Part shown: one piece after another, positions 18,364 to 35,884 of the stretch
Layout: every line of letters begins with the position of its first letter
Numbering within the stretch: position 1 is the stretch's first letter
DNA from: Planctomycetota bacterium
GTDB lineage: Bacteria > Planctomycetota > UBA1135 > GCA-002686595
DNA length: 64,000 nt
Direction of reading: 5' to 3'
Assembly: GCA_026692705.1 (NCBI GenBank)
Contig: JAPLOE010000073.1
Span: 4,015-68,014, forward strand
Position numbers and translations under genes: made by a program
Notes under the pieces: generated by a model
The model's database searches: none
Seen by the model: only the letters and a program-made list of their open reading frames with translations
What the model was told of the DNA's origin: nothing

Positions 18364-18984
18364 TCAGCCGATCGACGGATTGCGAGCGAGGAACTCGGGA
18401 GCCCAGCGATAGTCCGCGAGCAGCTCCGGCCGGCGATCCCCGAGCAGCACGAGCGCCGCATACAACGCCTCGACCGACGCGAGCCCGCTGGCGGGATCCT
18501 CGAAGGTCTTGCTGCGCCGCGGATAGGCGGTCTCGAGCCGGGGCAGCCGGCGCCGCAAGAACTCGCCGTCGATCGTCGCCGTGATCTGCGGCACGCGCCG
18601 CCACGAGCAGTCGACGAGCAGGAGCGGGAGCCCGCGGTCGTTCTCGCCCAGCTCCTCGCCGTCGGGGTGCAGCAGCACGCGCCGCCCGGCGTCGACGCGC
18701 CGCTCGGGGTCGTAGCTCACGAAACGCAGGCCCGGCAGGCCACGCAAGGGCGTGAGCGAGCACTTCGCGAGCGACTCGCGCGGGTCGCGGACGATCAGGA
18801 CGTCGATCAAGGGGAACTCGAGAGGATCGAGGAGGCCGTGGAAAGCGTCCGGCCCCGCCGCGGACTGAACCGCATCGGGGCCGGAGGTCGCGATCGCGCG
18901 CCGAAGCCGGCGCGAGAATGCTAGTGCGCGTAGTGGCTGTAGGCCTTGTTGGCCTCGGCCATCTTGTGGACCTGTTCCTTCCAC
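18364..18984 (-). CDS. DTW/Tsr3-like (aminocarboxypropyl-transferase superfamily) protein; start codon uncertain
   Basis: Three motifs are seen by eye: DPRESLAKCSLTPL, LLLVDCSWRRV and YPRRSK...GLASVEALYAALVLLG. GC3 is high from just after the rpsG stop. The only ATG (18984) overlaps rpsG by 64 nt, and the alternative is TTG at 18810. The gene lies between rpsG and fusA. Confidence 0.55.
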   Translation of the reverse strand: MEGTGPQDGRGQQGLQPLRALAFSRRLRRAIATSGPDAVQSAAGPDAFHGLLDPLEFPLIDVLIVRDPRESLAKCSLTPLRGLPGLRFVSYDPERRVDAGRRVLLHPDGEELGENDRGLPLLLVDCSWRRVPQITATIDGEFLRRRLPRLETAYPRRSKTFEDPASGLASVEALYAALVLLGDRRPELLADYRWAPEFLARNPSIG

Positions 18985-19397
18985 TGGACCGAGGCGCCGG
19001 TGCCGTTGAAGGCGTCGACGAGCTCTTCCGAGAGGCGGGTCGCCATGCGCTTGCCCTTCTTCGAGCGCGCGTTGTCCACGAGCCAGCGGATCGCCAGCGA
19101 CTGCTGGCGGTTGCGGCGCACTTCGCGCGGCACCTGGTAGTTCGCGCCACCGACGCGCTTGGAGCGCACTTCGACGGCCGGACGGATGTTGTCGATCGCG
19201 CGCGTGAAGATCTCCGCCTGGTCCTGGACGTCGGGGAGCTTCTTGTGCGCGAGATCCAAGGCCTCGTAGAAGATGGCCTGAGCGGTGGACTTCTTGCCAT
19301 CGAGCATGATCTTGTTGATCACCTTGGTGGCGAGCATCGACCCGAACTTCGGATCGGGGGAGAGCAGGGCCTCGGTCGACTTGTAGTTGCGCGGCAT
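18921..19397 (-). CDS. rpsG: 30S ribosomal protein S7
   Basis: 158 aa with MPRNYKSTEALLSPDPKFGSMLATKVINKIMLDGKKSTAQ... Confidence 0.96.
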   Translation of the reverse strand: MPRNYKSTEALLSPDPKFGSMLATKVINKIMLDGKKSTAQAIFYEALDLAHKKLPDVQDQAEIFTRAIDNIRPAVEVRSKRVGGANYQVPREVRRNRQQSLAIRWLVDNARSKKGKRMATRLSEELVDAFNGTGASVQWKEQVHKMAEANKAYSHYAH

Positions 19398-19451
19398 CGT
19401 CGGTTCTTGTGGGGCTGGGTCAGCTTCGGGCTGGTTCGGCTTGTCGCCGCA

Positions 19452-19826
<375 letters not shown>

Positions 19827-19851
19827 AGGTGACCGTGGAAAAGGGGCGAGC

Positions 19852-19879
19852 ATTCTACGGGGACCGGCGGCGAGGTCAA
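19852..19879 (-). promoter_or_regulatory. Candidate sigma70-type promoter of rpsL-rpsG
   Basis: The minus strand reads TTGACC (19879-19874), a 16-nt spacer, then TAGAAT (19857-19852). This is about 25 nt upstream of the rpsL ATG and just downstream of the rpoC terminator hairpin. Confidence 0.55.
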
Positions 19880-19986
19880 GCCTCCGCTCGCAGAGGCCGG
19901 TCCCCGGGGCGGCTCCCCCACGTTGCTTGGGGGGGGCCGACCGCGGCAGGAAAGCGTTGGATGGGTTGGGATCGGATGGAAGAGGC

Positions 19987-20004
19987 CCCGCCGCGGACGG
20001 CGGG
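19987..20004 (-). terminator. Hairpin immediately after the rpoC stop
   Basis: The minus strand reads CCCGCCG-tccg-CGGCGGG followed by GCCTCTTCC (weak U tract). It starts 7 nt after the rpoC stop. Confidence 0.45.
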
Positions 20005-20010
20005 TACCCC

Positions 20011-24450
<4,440 letters not shown>

Positions 24451-24473
24451 GGTTCCGACCTTCCCTGGGGCGC

Positions 24474-28184
<3,711 letters not shown>

Positions 28185-28505
28185 GGTCAGTTCACGCAAC
28201 CGGGCGTCGATGGGGCCGCGTCCCTCGAACAGGGCGACGCGGGAGCTGGAACTCGTCGGGACGACGCGAGCGCTGCTGGGTTCCCGCGGACGGGGAACCT
28301 AGAGCGCGAGCGGAGCGCTGGAGCGCAGAGGAGCCGCCACCGTGCAGGTCAGGCCGTGGTGACGGCCGGAACCCGCCGGAGAGGCGGTGAGGAGGCGAGA
28401 TATCGACGGGACGCCACGGGCGCCGCGCGTGGCGGCGTCCGTGGGTCCCTTGGGCGAAGGTGCGAGAGTCGTGGGCACCAGAGGCAGCGGAGTCCGTGGT
28501 GTGGA

Positions 28506-28904
<399 letters not shown>

Positions 28905-29060
28905 TTGAGTCTCCGGATAAGTTGACGAACGTTGTTTCCGCGTTTACCCCCCGCGGGCGGCGCGGGAGGTGGGCGAAGTCCGACTTCCCTGCGCGCTGCC
29001 CGCACTGTGCGGGCACGGGGACGCGCCAAGGGAGCCGTGGAAGAAAGGTTCAGGCCGGGA

Positions 29061-29618
29061 TCAGGACGCCTCGGCGACCTCAGGGGCCTCACCGGTGCCA
29101 CCGGCCTTGTCGATCTTGGCCTGCAGCACGCGCACGGTGCCCGAGGGCAGGCCGTTGAGCGTCGTGACGAGACCGCGCATCGGACCCACGAGGCAGCCGA
29201 CGAGCTGGCCGCGCAGGGTCTTCTTGTCGGGGAGGCCGGCGAGGGCCACCGCGTCCTTGGCGCCGATCAGCACGCCGTCGAAGATCGCGCCACGAAGCTG
29301 GATCTTGCCCGGCTTCTTGACGTCGTCGGCGGTCAGGATCTTGGCCGCGGCGATCGTGCCTTCGAGCGAGCCGTAGGCGATGCCGGTGTTGCCCGCGAGC
29401 AGCTCGGCCGAAGCCTCGTAGCCCTTGGCGGCCAGCGCGCGGCGGAGGAGCGACGAGCGCACCATGCGGACGCGCACGCCATCCTTGGCGAGCTTGTTGC
29501 GCAGCGGCTCGAGTTCCTTGACGGTCACGCGGCCGAGCGACATCACGATCACGCCCTCGGCTTTCGCGAGCAGCCCGTCGTACTCGGTCGCGATCAGGTT
29601 GTTGACGAGATTAGGCAT
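29061..29618 (-). CDS. rplJ: 50S ribosomal protein L10
   Basis: 185 aa with MPNLVNNLIATEYDGLLAKAEGVIVMSLGRVTVKELEPLRNKL... Its ATG lies 8 nt inside the end of rplA. Confidence 0.93.
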   Translation of the reverse strand: MPNLVNNLIATEYDGLLAKAEGVIVMSLGRVTVKELEPLRNKLAKDGVRVRMVRSSLLRRALAAKGYEASAELLAGNTGIAYGSLEGTIAAAKILTADDVKKPGKIQLRGAIFDGVLIGAKDAVALAGLPDKKTLRGQLVGCLVGPMRGLVTTLNGLPSGTVRVLQAKIDKAGGTGEAPEVAEAS

Positions 29619-30315
29619 CGAGCTCAGCTCCAGTCGAGTAGTTGATCCAGGCGCCGGGTCCCATGGTCGTCGAGACCGAGACCTTGCGGACGAACTGGCC
29701 CTTGACCGCCGGCGGACGCATGGCGATCAGGTGATCGAGGAAGGCGCGCAGGTTGACTTCGAGGTCCTCGACCTTGAAGGAACGCTTGCCAACCGAGGCG
29801 TGGACGTTGCCGCCCGCGTCGGTGCGGAACTCGACCTTGCCGGCCTTGAACTCGCGCACCGCGGCGGCCACGTCGGCCGTCACCGTGCCCGACTTGGGGC
29901 TGGGCATCTTGCCCTGGGGGCCGAGGACCTTACCGAGCTTGCCGACGTGCTTCATCATGTCGGGGCTGGCGATCACGATGTCGAAGTCGGTCCAGCCGCC
30001 GAGCACCTTCTCGGCGAGCTCGCCCGAGCCGACGATGTCGGCACCGGCGGCCTGCGCCGCGGCAGCCTTGTCGCCTTCGGCGAACACGATCACCTTGACC
30101 GTCTTGCCCAGGCCCTTGGGCAGCGACACGGCGCCGCGCACGAGCTGGTCGGACTTCTTGGGATCGATGCCGAGCACGACCACGACCTCGACGGTCTCGT
30201 CGAACTTCGCGGCCGGCAGCGACTTGAGCAGCGCCAGCGCTTCCGCCGGCTCGTACACCTTGCTGCGGTCCACCTTGGCGGACGCGGCGCGATAACGCTT
30301 GGATTGCGTGACCAT
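29611..30315 (-). CDS. rplA: 50S ribosomal protein L1
   Basis: ATG at 30315 gives MVTQSKRYRAASAKVDRSKVYEPAEALALLKSL...; 234 aa. Track ORF 29611..30873 is over-extended. Confidence 0.95.
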   Translation of the reverse strand: MVTQSKRYRAASAKVDRSKVYEPAEALALLKSLPAAKFDETVEVVVVLGIDPKKSDQLVRGAVSLPKGLGKTVKVIVFAEGDKAAAAQAAGADIVGSGELAEKVLGGWTDFDIVIASPDMMKHVGKLGKVLGPQGKMPSPKSGTVTADVAAAVREFKAGKVEFRTDAGGNVHASVGKRSFKVEDLEVNLRAFLDHLIAMRPPAVKGQFVRKVSVSTTMGPGAWINYSTGAELDA

Positions 30316-30323
30316 GGCTTGGA

Positions 30324-30749
30324 CTAGCCCTCCACCTTGATGCCGGCCGCGCGCGCCGTGCCTTCGATGATGCGGCACGCGGCGTTGAGGTCGCGGGCGT
30401 TGAGATCGTTCATCTTGAGCTTGGCGATCTCCTCGACCTGCGCACGCGTGACCTTGCCGGCGGTCTCGTGACCGGGCATGGCCGCTGCGCTCTCGAGCTT
30501 CGCCGCCTTCTTGAGCAGCACTCCCGCCGGCGGCGACTTCAGGATGAAGTCGAAGCTGCGGTCCTTGTAGACCGTGATCTCCACGGGGATGATCAGGCCC
30601 ATCTGCGGTCGTGTAGCGTCGTTGAACTGCTTCACGAACATCGCGATGTTGACGCCGTGCGAGCCGAGCGCGGGGCCAACCGGCGGTGCCGGCGTAGCCT
30701 GGCCCGCCGGGCACTGCAGCTTGATCTTGGCGGTGACTTCCTTCGCCAT
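30324..30749 (-). CDS. rplK: 50S ribosomal protein L11
   Basis: 141 aa with [35 protein letters not shown]... Confidence 0.96.
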   Translation of the reverse strand: MAKEVTAKIKLQCPAGQATPAPPVGPALGSHGVNIAMFVKQFNDATRPQMGLIIPVEITVYKDRSFDFILKSPPAGVLLKKAAKLESAAAMPGHETAGKVTRAQVEEIAKLKMNDLNARDLNAACRIIEGTARAAGIKVEG

Positions 30750-30774
30750 GGACTTGCTTCTTCCGTTCGCTGGG

Positions 30775-30797
30775 CACGCGGCCGAAAAGACCGCGTG
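30775..30797 (-). promoter_or_regulatory. Hairpin in the nusG-rplK spacer (attenuator or leader element?)
   Basis: CACGCGG-9 nt-CCGCGTG is a 7-bp stem inside the 71-nt spacer, with no U tract after it. Confidence 0.25.
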
Positions 30798-30820
30798 CGT
30801 GGTTCCAATGGGGATGCCGG

Positions 30821-31375
30821 CTAGACGGGCTCGACTTCCCAGTACTTGAGGGACACCGGCGTGGGACGACCAAAGATCGTCACCGTCACCGTCACCATGC
30901 CCTTGTCGGGCAACACTTCCTCGACCGTTCCGTCGAAGCCGTCAAAGGGCCCCGACTTGATCTTGACCATGTCGCCCTTCTGCAGGCCGATGTTGACCTG
31001 CAGGGCGGTATCGGAGTCGGACATGCGCACGAGGATCGACTGCACCTCGCCGTCCGAGAGCGGCACGGGCTCGCCGCGGCCACCGAGGAAGTCGCCGACC
31101 TTCGGCGTCTCGCGCACGACGGCCTGCGCCTGCTTGGCGCGCGGGTCTTCCTCGGGCTTCTCGATGTCGGCCTGGATCATCAGGTAGCCCGGGTAGAGCT
31201 TCTTGTTGACCACGCGCTTCTTGCCGCCCTTCATGTCGGTGACGCGCTCGAAGGGCACGAGCACCTGCGGGACGAGGTCCTGCAGGCCGGCCATCTTCAC
31301 GCGCAGCTCGACCTGCTTGCGGATCGAGTCCTCCTGACCCGACTGGCAGCGCACGAAATACCACTGGTGGGTCAT
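30821..31375 (-). CDS. nusG: Transcription termination/antitermination factor NusG
   Basis: 184 aa with [21 protein letters not shown]... and a C-terminal KOW ([21 protein letters not shown]). Confidence 0.95.
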   Translation of the reverse strand: MTHQWYFVRCQSGQEDSIRKQVELRVKMAGLQDLVPQVLVPFERVTDMKGGKKRVVNKKLYPGYLMIQADIEKPEEDPRAKQAQAVVRETPKVGDFLGGRGEPVPLSDGEVQSILVRMSDSDTALQVNIGLQKGDMVKIKSGPFDGFDGTVEEVLPDKGMVTVTVTIFGRPTPVSLKYWEVEPV

Positions 31376-31378
31376 GGC

Positions 31379-31810
31379 TTAGAACAGGATCGGGTTGACG
31401 AGGCGGGCGAGGAACCAGTCGGCGCCGGCGAGGAAGGCCATCAGGACCACCACGCAGACAACGACCACGATCGAGGAATTGAGGACTTCCTGGCCACTGG
31501 GCCACGTGACCTTGCGGAGCTCGGTCTCGGTGTCGATCAGGAGGTCGGCAATCTTGGGGCTCTCGAGCCAGCGGTGCGCGAGGAACAGGGTCAGCGCGAA
31601 CACGGCGGCCGAGATGAGGAAAGCACCCGTCAGCGGGATCTGCAGCACCGGCACCTGCTCGAAGGACGCCGAGAGCGGCGTCTTGAGAGCGGGCAGCCAG
31701 CCGGACAGTTCCGAGCGCAGCGACCGGCACCCGTAGAACACGAGCACGGCGAGCGACCAGAACACGGCCATGCGGACCATTCGGCCTTGATCGGGCTTGT
31801 AGGCGGACAT
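31379..31810 (-). CDS. secE: Preprotein translocase subunit SecE (long, multi-TM form)
   Basis: 143 aa with a C-terminal ...ELRKVTWPSGQEVLNSSIVVVVCVVVLMAFL... motif. It lies directly upstream of nusG. Confidence 0.9.
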   Translation of the reverse strand: MSAYKPDQGRMVRMAVFWSLAVLVFYGCRSLRSELSGWLPALKTPLSASFEQVPVLQIPLTGAFLISAAVFALTLFLAHRWLESPKIADLLIDTETELRKVTWPSGQEVLNSSIVVVVCVVVLMAFLAGADWFLARLVNPILF

Positions 31811-31902
31811 GGGCGTTTGTCTCGGGGGTCGTGGAGGGCTGGGACGGGGAATCAGGCAGGTGTCGTGCGGCGCAAGACGTCAGTCCCGCGCCCCACACGC
31901 GA

Positions 31903-32061
31903 TCAGAGCTTGTGCTCCTTGTGCGACACGTGCTTGCGGCAGAACGGGCAGAACTTCTTCTTCTCGAGCTTGTAGCTGGACTTCTGGCGCTTGAACGTCG
32001 TGTAGTTGCGGTTCTTGCACGCCGTGCACTCGAGGAAGACGAATCGTTCCTTGGTCTTCAT
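31903..32061 (-). CDS. rpmG: 50S ribosomal protein L33
   Basis: ATG at 32061 gives MKTKERFVFLECTACKNRNYTTFKRQKSSYKLEKKKFCPFCRKHVSHKEHKL; 52 aa. Confidence 0.93.
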   Translation of the reverse strand: MKTKERFVFLECTACKNRNYTTFKRQKSSYKLEKKKFCPFCRKHVSHKEHKL

Positions 32062-32194
32062 GGCTGTTCGGGTTCCTGGCTTGGATGGAGGCTGCCCGAC
32101 GTCGGGTGGGCGAGCGCGGGTGACCGTCGCGCCCCGGTGCGGGGAGCGACGGCGCCGGCCCCCATCGCTGGAGGCCGGCACCCGCTGAGCGAAA

Positions 32195-33397
32195 CTACTT
32201 GGTGACCTTGGTGACGACGCCCGAGCCGACCGTGCGACCACCTTCGCGGATGGCGAAGCGGAGCTTCTCTTCCATCGCGACCGGGGTCTGGAGGACGACC
32301 GACATCTTGACGTTGTCGCCGGGCATGCACATCTCGGCGCCGCCCATCAGCGTGGCCTTGCCGGTCACGTCCGTGGTGCGGAAGTAGAACTGCGGCTGGT
32401 AGCCCGTGACGAACGGGGTGTGACGGCCACCTTCGTCCTTCGAGAGGACGTAGACCTCGCACTCGAACTCGGTGTGCGGGGTGATCGAGCCGGGCTTGGC
32501 GAGGACCATGCCGCGCTCGAGGTCGCCCTTTTCAACACCGCGCAGGAGCACGCCGACGTTGTCGCCAGCTTCGCCCGAGTCGAGGGTCTTGTTGAACATC
32601 TCGACGCCGGTGACGGTCGTCTTGCCGATCTCGGGGCGGAGGCCGACGATGTCGACGGTCTCACCGACCTTGACGATGCCCTTCTCGATGCGGCCCGTGC
32701 CGACCGTACCGCGACCGGAGATCGAGAACACGTCCTCGATGCACATCAGGAACGGCTTGTCGATCTCGCGCATCGGGGTCGGGATGAAGCTGTCGAGCGC
32801 CGCGACGAGGTCGTCGATGCACTTGTTGGCCTTGTCGTCGCCGCCGCCGGACTCGATGGCGAGCTTGGCCTGGCCGCGGATGATCGGGGTCTCGTCACCC
32901 GGGAAGCTGTACTTCTTGAGCAGCTCGCGGATCTCGAGCTCGACGAGCTCGATCAGCTCGGGGTCGTCGAGCAGGTCGACCTTGTTCAGGAAGACCACGA
33001 TGTGGGGCACACCGACCTGACGGGCGAGCAGGACGTGCTCGCGCGTCTGGGGCATCGGGCCGTCGGCGGCCGAGACCACGAGGATCGCACCGTCCATCTG
33101 GGCGGCGCCGGTGATCATGTTCTTGACGAAGTCGGCGTGGCCGGGGCAGTCGACGTGCGCGTAGTGGCGCGAGTCCGACTCGTACTCGGTGTGCGAGGCG
33201 GCGATCGTGACGGTCTTGTCGGCCGAGCGGACGGTGCCGCCCTTGGTGATTTCGGCGTAGCTCTTCACGCGCGTCCCGTACTTGTGGGACGAACGCGCGG
33301 CGAGCGCCGCCGTCAGCGTCGACTTGCCGTGGTCGATGTGGCCGATGGTGCCGACGTTGACGTGGGGCTTGGTTCGCTTGAAGACGTCCTTTGCCAT
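32195..33397 (-). CDS. tuf: Elongation factor Tu
   Basis: ATG at 33397 gives [32 protein letters not shown]...DCPGHADF...NKVD...; 400 aa. The track ORF is over-extended. Confidence 0.97.
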   Translation of the reverse strand: MAKDVFKRTKPHVNVGTIGHIDHGKSTLTAALAARSSHKYGTRVKSYAEITKGGTVRSADKTVTIAASHTEYESDSRHYAHVDCPGHADFVKNMITGAAQMDGAILVVSAADGPMPQTREHVLLARQVGVPHIVVFLNKVDLLDDPELIELVELEIRELLKKYSFPGDETPIIRGQAKLAIESGGGDDKANKCIDDLVAALDSFIPTPMREIDKPFLMCIEDVFSISGRGTVGTGRIEKGIVKVGETVDIVGLRPEIGKTTVTGVEMFNKTLDSGEAGDNVGVLLRGVEKGDLERGMVLAKPGSITPHTEFECEVYVLSKDEGGRHTPFVTGYQPQFYFRTTDVTGKATLMGGAEMCMPGDNVKMSVVLQTPVAMEEKLRFAIREGGRTVGSGVVTKVTK

Positions 33398-33576
33398 GGG
33401 ATCTCGCTTGGTTTCGTGGGGCCCCTTCCCCGGGGGCTCTCGGGCCGCGCCAAGGCCGGGGCCTCGGGCGGGGGTCGATGGTTGGTGACAGGTTGTGCAG
33501 ACTGCGGGTCGCTGGTGAGCCGGCGACCTGCTGGAAGACGTTGTGCTTGGAAGACGAGAGCTGGAAAGCCTTGGAC

Positions 33577-33651
<75 letters not shown>

Positions 33652-33781
33652 GCGGTACGGCAGCCTTGGGGGCGACCGTGGCCTTTGACGCCGTGCGCCC
33701 CGGTGCGGACACCAGGGCGGGACGGCGATCTCACGGGCACGGGATGGGCAGGGCTGCGTGACTTGGAGCGCGCGGTGGGCT

Positions 33782-33855
<74 letters not shown>

Positions 33856-33990
33856 AGTGTGCGTCGCTCGCCGGGTGGGTCCGGACCGCACTCGCAGCGC
33901 GCCGAGACTGAACCGCGAGCAGCCGAGCTCCGAAGGGAAACAGGACAGGCCGGTTCGCGCTTCGAGGCTCGGGGGCGTTGGGCAGGAGCT

Positions 33991-34076
33991 TGGTGGGGAG
34001 AGGCGGATTCGAACCGCCGAAGGTGAGAACCACCAGATTTACAGTCTGGCCCATTTGGCCGCTCTGGAACCTCCCC
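33991..34076 (-). tRNA. tRNA-Tyr (anticodon GUA), long variable arm, CCA encoded
   Basis: The reverse complement is GGGGAGG...CCAGA-CTGTAAA-TCTGG-TGGTTCTCACCTTC-GGCGG-TTCGAAT-CCGCC-TCTCCCC-A-CCA. Confidence 0.88.
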
Positions 34077-34467
34077 GCCGTGATCTGCCCTCGCCGCCCG
34101 GCCCGGCTCGGGAGTCCCGCGGGGTATCCCCGAGGGTCATCCGAGCAGCGAGCAGGCCACGCCAGCCCGAGGTGGGCAGGCGCGTGATGTCCGGTTCATG
34201 CGCAGGCGTGTTCGTCCGGCGAGCCCAGCCGCACCGCGCGCGACCGTGGGCCGCGCTGGGTCGATCAGGCGACGCCGGGAGCGCCCGCTCCCGTGTCATC
34301 CGTGAGGTGTCGTGTTTCCATGGAGCAACCCGGCTTGCGCCGGGGGACCCTGCGAGCCGCGCAAGCGTGGCTCCGGCGGATCCTGCCGTGATCGTCGTGT
34401 CCGTAGTCGCTGGGAGGCGGTCTGCGAGGTTCGTCTTCCAGCGTCGGCCCATCCAGCGTGGGCTGGC

Positions 34468-34543
34468 TGGGGCCGGCGATGGGAGTCGAACCCACAACCC
34501 CCTGATTACAAATCAGGTGCTCTGCCGATTGAGCCACGCCGGC
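34468..34543 (-). tRNA. tRNA-Thr (anticodon UGU), CCA encoded
   Basis: The reverse complement is GCCGGCG-TG-GCTCAATCGGCAGAGC-A-CCTGA-TTTGTAA-TCAGG-GGGTT-GTGGG-TTCGACT-CCCAT-CGCCGGC-C-CCA. Confidence 0.9.
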
Positions 34544-34623
34544 GGCTGTCAACCTGGGCGTGGCCCGCGGCCGAGCGAAGGTTGCAGACGAGACTGCCCC
34601 CCGAGCGGTGCGGAGAGCGAGAC

Positions 34624-34651
34624 AGGATAGGGAGGGACTCTCCCCCGTCAA
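34624..34651 (-). promoter_or_regulatory. Candidate sigma70-type promoter of the tRNA-tuf transcription unit
   Basis: The minus strand reads TTGACG (34651-34646), a 16-nt spacer, then TATCCT (34629-34624). This is about 75 nt upstream of the first tRNA. Confidence 0.45.
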
Positions 34652-34741
34652 GCCCCCACCCGGAAATCCTCCGGTGGCACCCGGGAGCGCGCCGTCGAGC
34701 CTAGCGCCCCGCCCCCCTCGCCGCCACGACGCTTTCCGGGC

Positions 34742-35884
34742 TCAAAGCCGCGCGAGCTCGGCCAGGTACGCCGCGTGGGCCGAGCGCACCTGCTCCAGCG
34801 AATCCCCGCCAAAACGCTCGAGAAAAGCGCGCGTCAGCTCGAGCGCGACGACCGCCTCGCCGACCACGCTGGCCGCCGGAACCGAGGTGACGTCCGAGCG
34901 CTGCCAGGTCGACAGCACGCTCTCCCCCGTCTCGAAATCCACGGTCTCGAGCCCCCGGCGCAGCGTCGAGATCGGTTTCATCGCCACGCGCACCACGAGC
35001 TCCTCCCCGGTCGTCATGCCGCCCTCGAGCCCGCCCGCGCGGTTGGTGGCGCGCCCGAAACGGCCGTGGGGCCCGTCGCGGCGCACGATCGCGTCGTGGA
35101 CCTCCGACCCGCGCCGGCGTGCGGCTTCGAAGCCCAGACCGAACTCCACGCCCTTGATGGCCGGAATCGAGAGCAACGCCGCCCCCACCCGCCCGGTCAG
35201 GCGCTCGCCCGCGTTCTGGTACCCACCCAGCCCCGGCGGCAGGCCGCACACGCGCAGCTCGAAAATGCCGCCGAGCGTGTCCCCCGCCTCCTTGGCCGCG
35301 TCGACGGCCGCGATCCAGCGCTCTTCGACCTGCGGATCGAGCGCGGCGAAAGCCGAGGCCGCGCGCAGCTGCGCCCGCCGCTCCCCCGCCGTTTCCCACG
35401 CGTCCGGACGCGCCGCGCTGCCGCCGAGCTCGACGACATGCGCGAAGAGCTCGACGCCGAAGGCCTCGAGCACCTGCCGCGCGGCCGCCCCCAGCGCCGT
35501 GCGCATCGCCGTCTCGCGCGCGCTCGCTCGTTCGAGCACCGCCCGCGGGTCGCGTTCGCCGAGCTTCTGGCAGCCCGCGAGGTCGGCGTGCCCCGGCCGC
35601 GCGCTGGTCGGCACCCCGAGCTTCTCGATCGTGTGGTCGCGGTTCTCGATCAGGAGCGCGAGCGGCGAACCCAGCGTCTTGCCCGCGCGCATCCCGCTCA
35701 GCACACGCACGTGGTCCTGCTCGATCTTCATCCGGCCGCCGCGGCCGTAGCCCTGCTGGCGGCGCGCGAGCTCCGCGTCGAGCCGCGCGAGGTCGAGCTC
35801 GATTCCGGCCGGCAGCCCCTCGAGGATCCCGACCAGCGCGGCGCCGTGGGACTCGCCGGCGGTCGTCCAGACGAGCCTCGTCAC
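34742..35884 (-). CDS. aroC: Chorismate synthase
   Basis: 380 aa. GTG start (GTGA overlap with the upstream ORF) gives MTRLVWTTAGESHGAALVGILEGLPAG...RRQQGYGRGGRMKIEQD... Confidence 0.95.
   Translation of the reverse strand: MTRLVWTTAGESHGAALVGILEGLPAGIELDLARLDAELARRQQGYGRGGRMKIEQDHVRVLSGMRAGKTLGSPLALLIENRDHTIEKLGVPTSARPGHADLAGCQKLGERDPRAVLERASARETAMRTALGAAARQVLEAFGVELFAHVVELGGSAARPDAWETAGERRAQLRAASAFAALDPQVEERWIAAVDAAKEAGDTLGGIFELRVCGLPPGLGGYQNAGERLTGRVGAALLSIPAIKGVEFGLGFEAARRRGSEVHDAIVRRDGPHGRFGRATNRAGGLEGGMTTGEELVVRVAMKPISTLRRGLETVDFETGESVLSTWQRSDVTSVPAASVVGEAVVALELTRAFLERFGGDSLEQVRSAHAAYLAELARL

Noticed and set aside
28200-28505. Hairpins in the rplL-rpoB spacer (for example GGTTCCC-7 nt-GGGAACC at about 28280-28300) as something unusual
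   Set aside because: A long structured spacer with a partial attenuator between rplL and rpoB is the textbook arrangement. Nothing distinguishes this one by eye.
32062-32194. A tRNA-Trp expected between tuf and rpmG
   Set aside because: I found no T-loop (GGTTCGAAT-type) sequence, acceptor/CCA signature or cloverleaf on either strand. Only two small GC hairpins are present.
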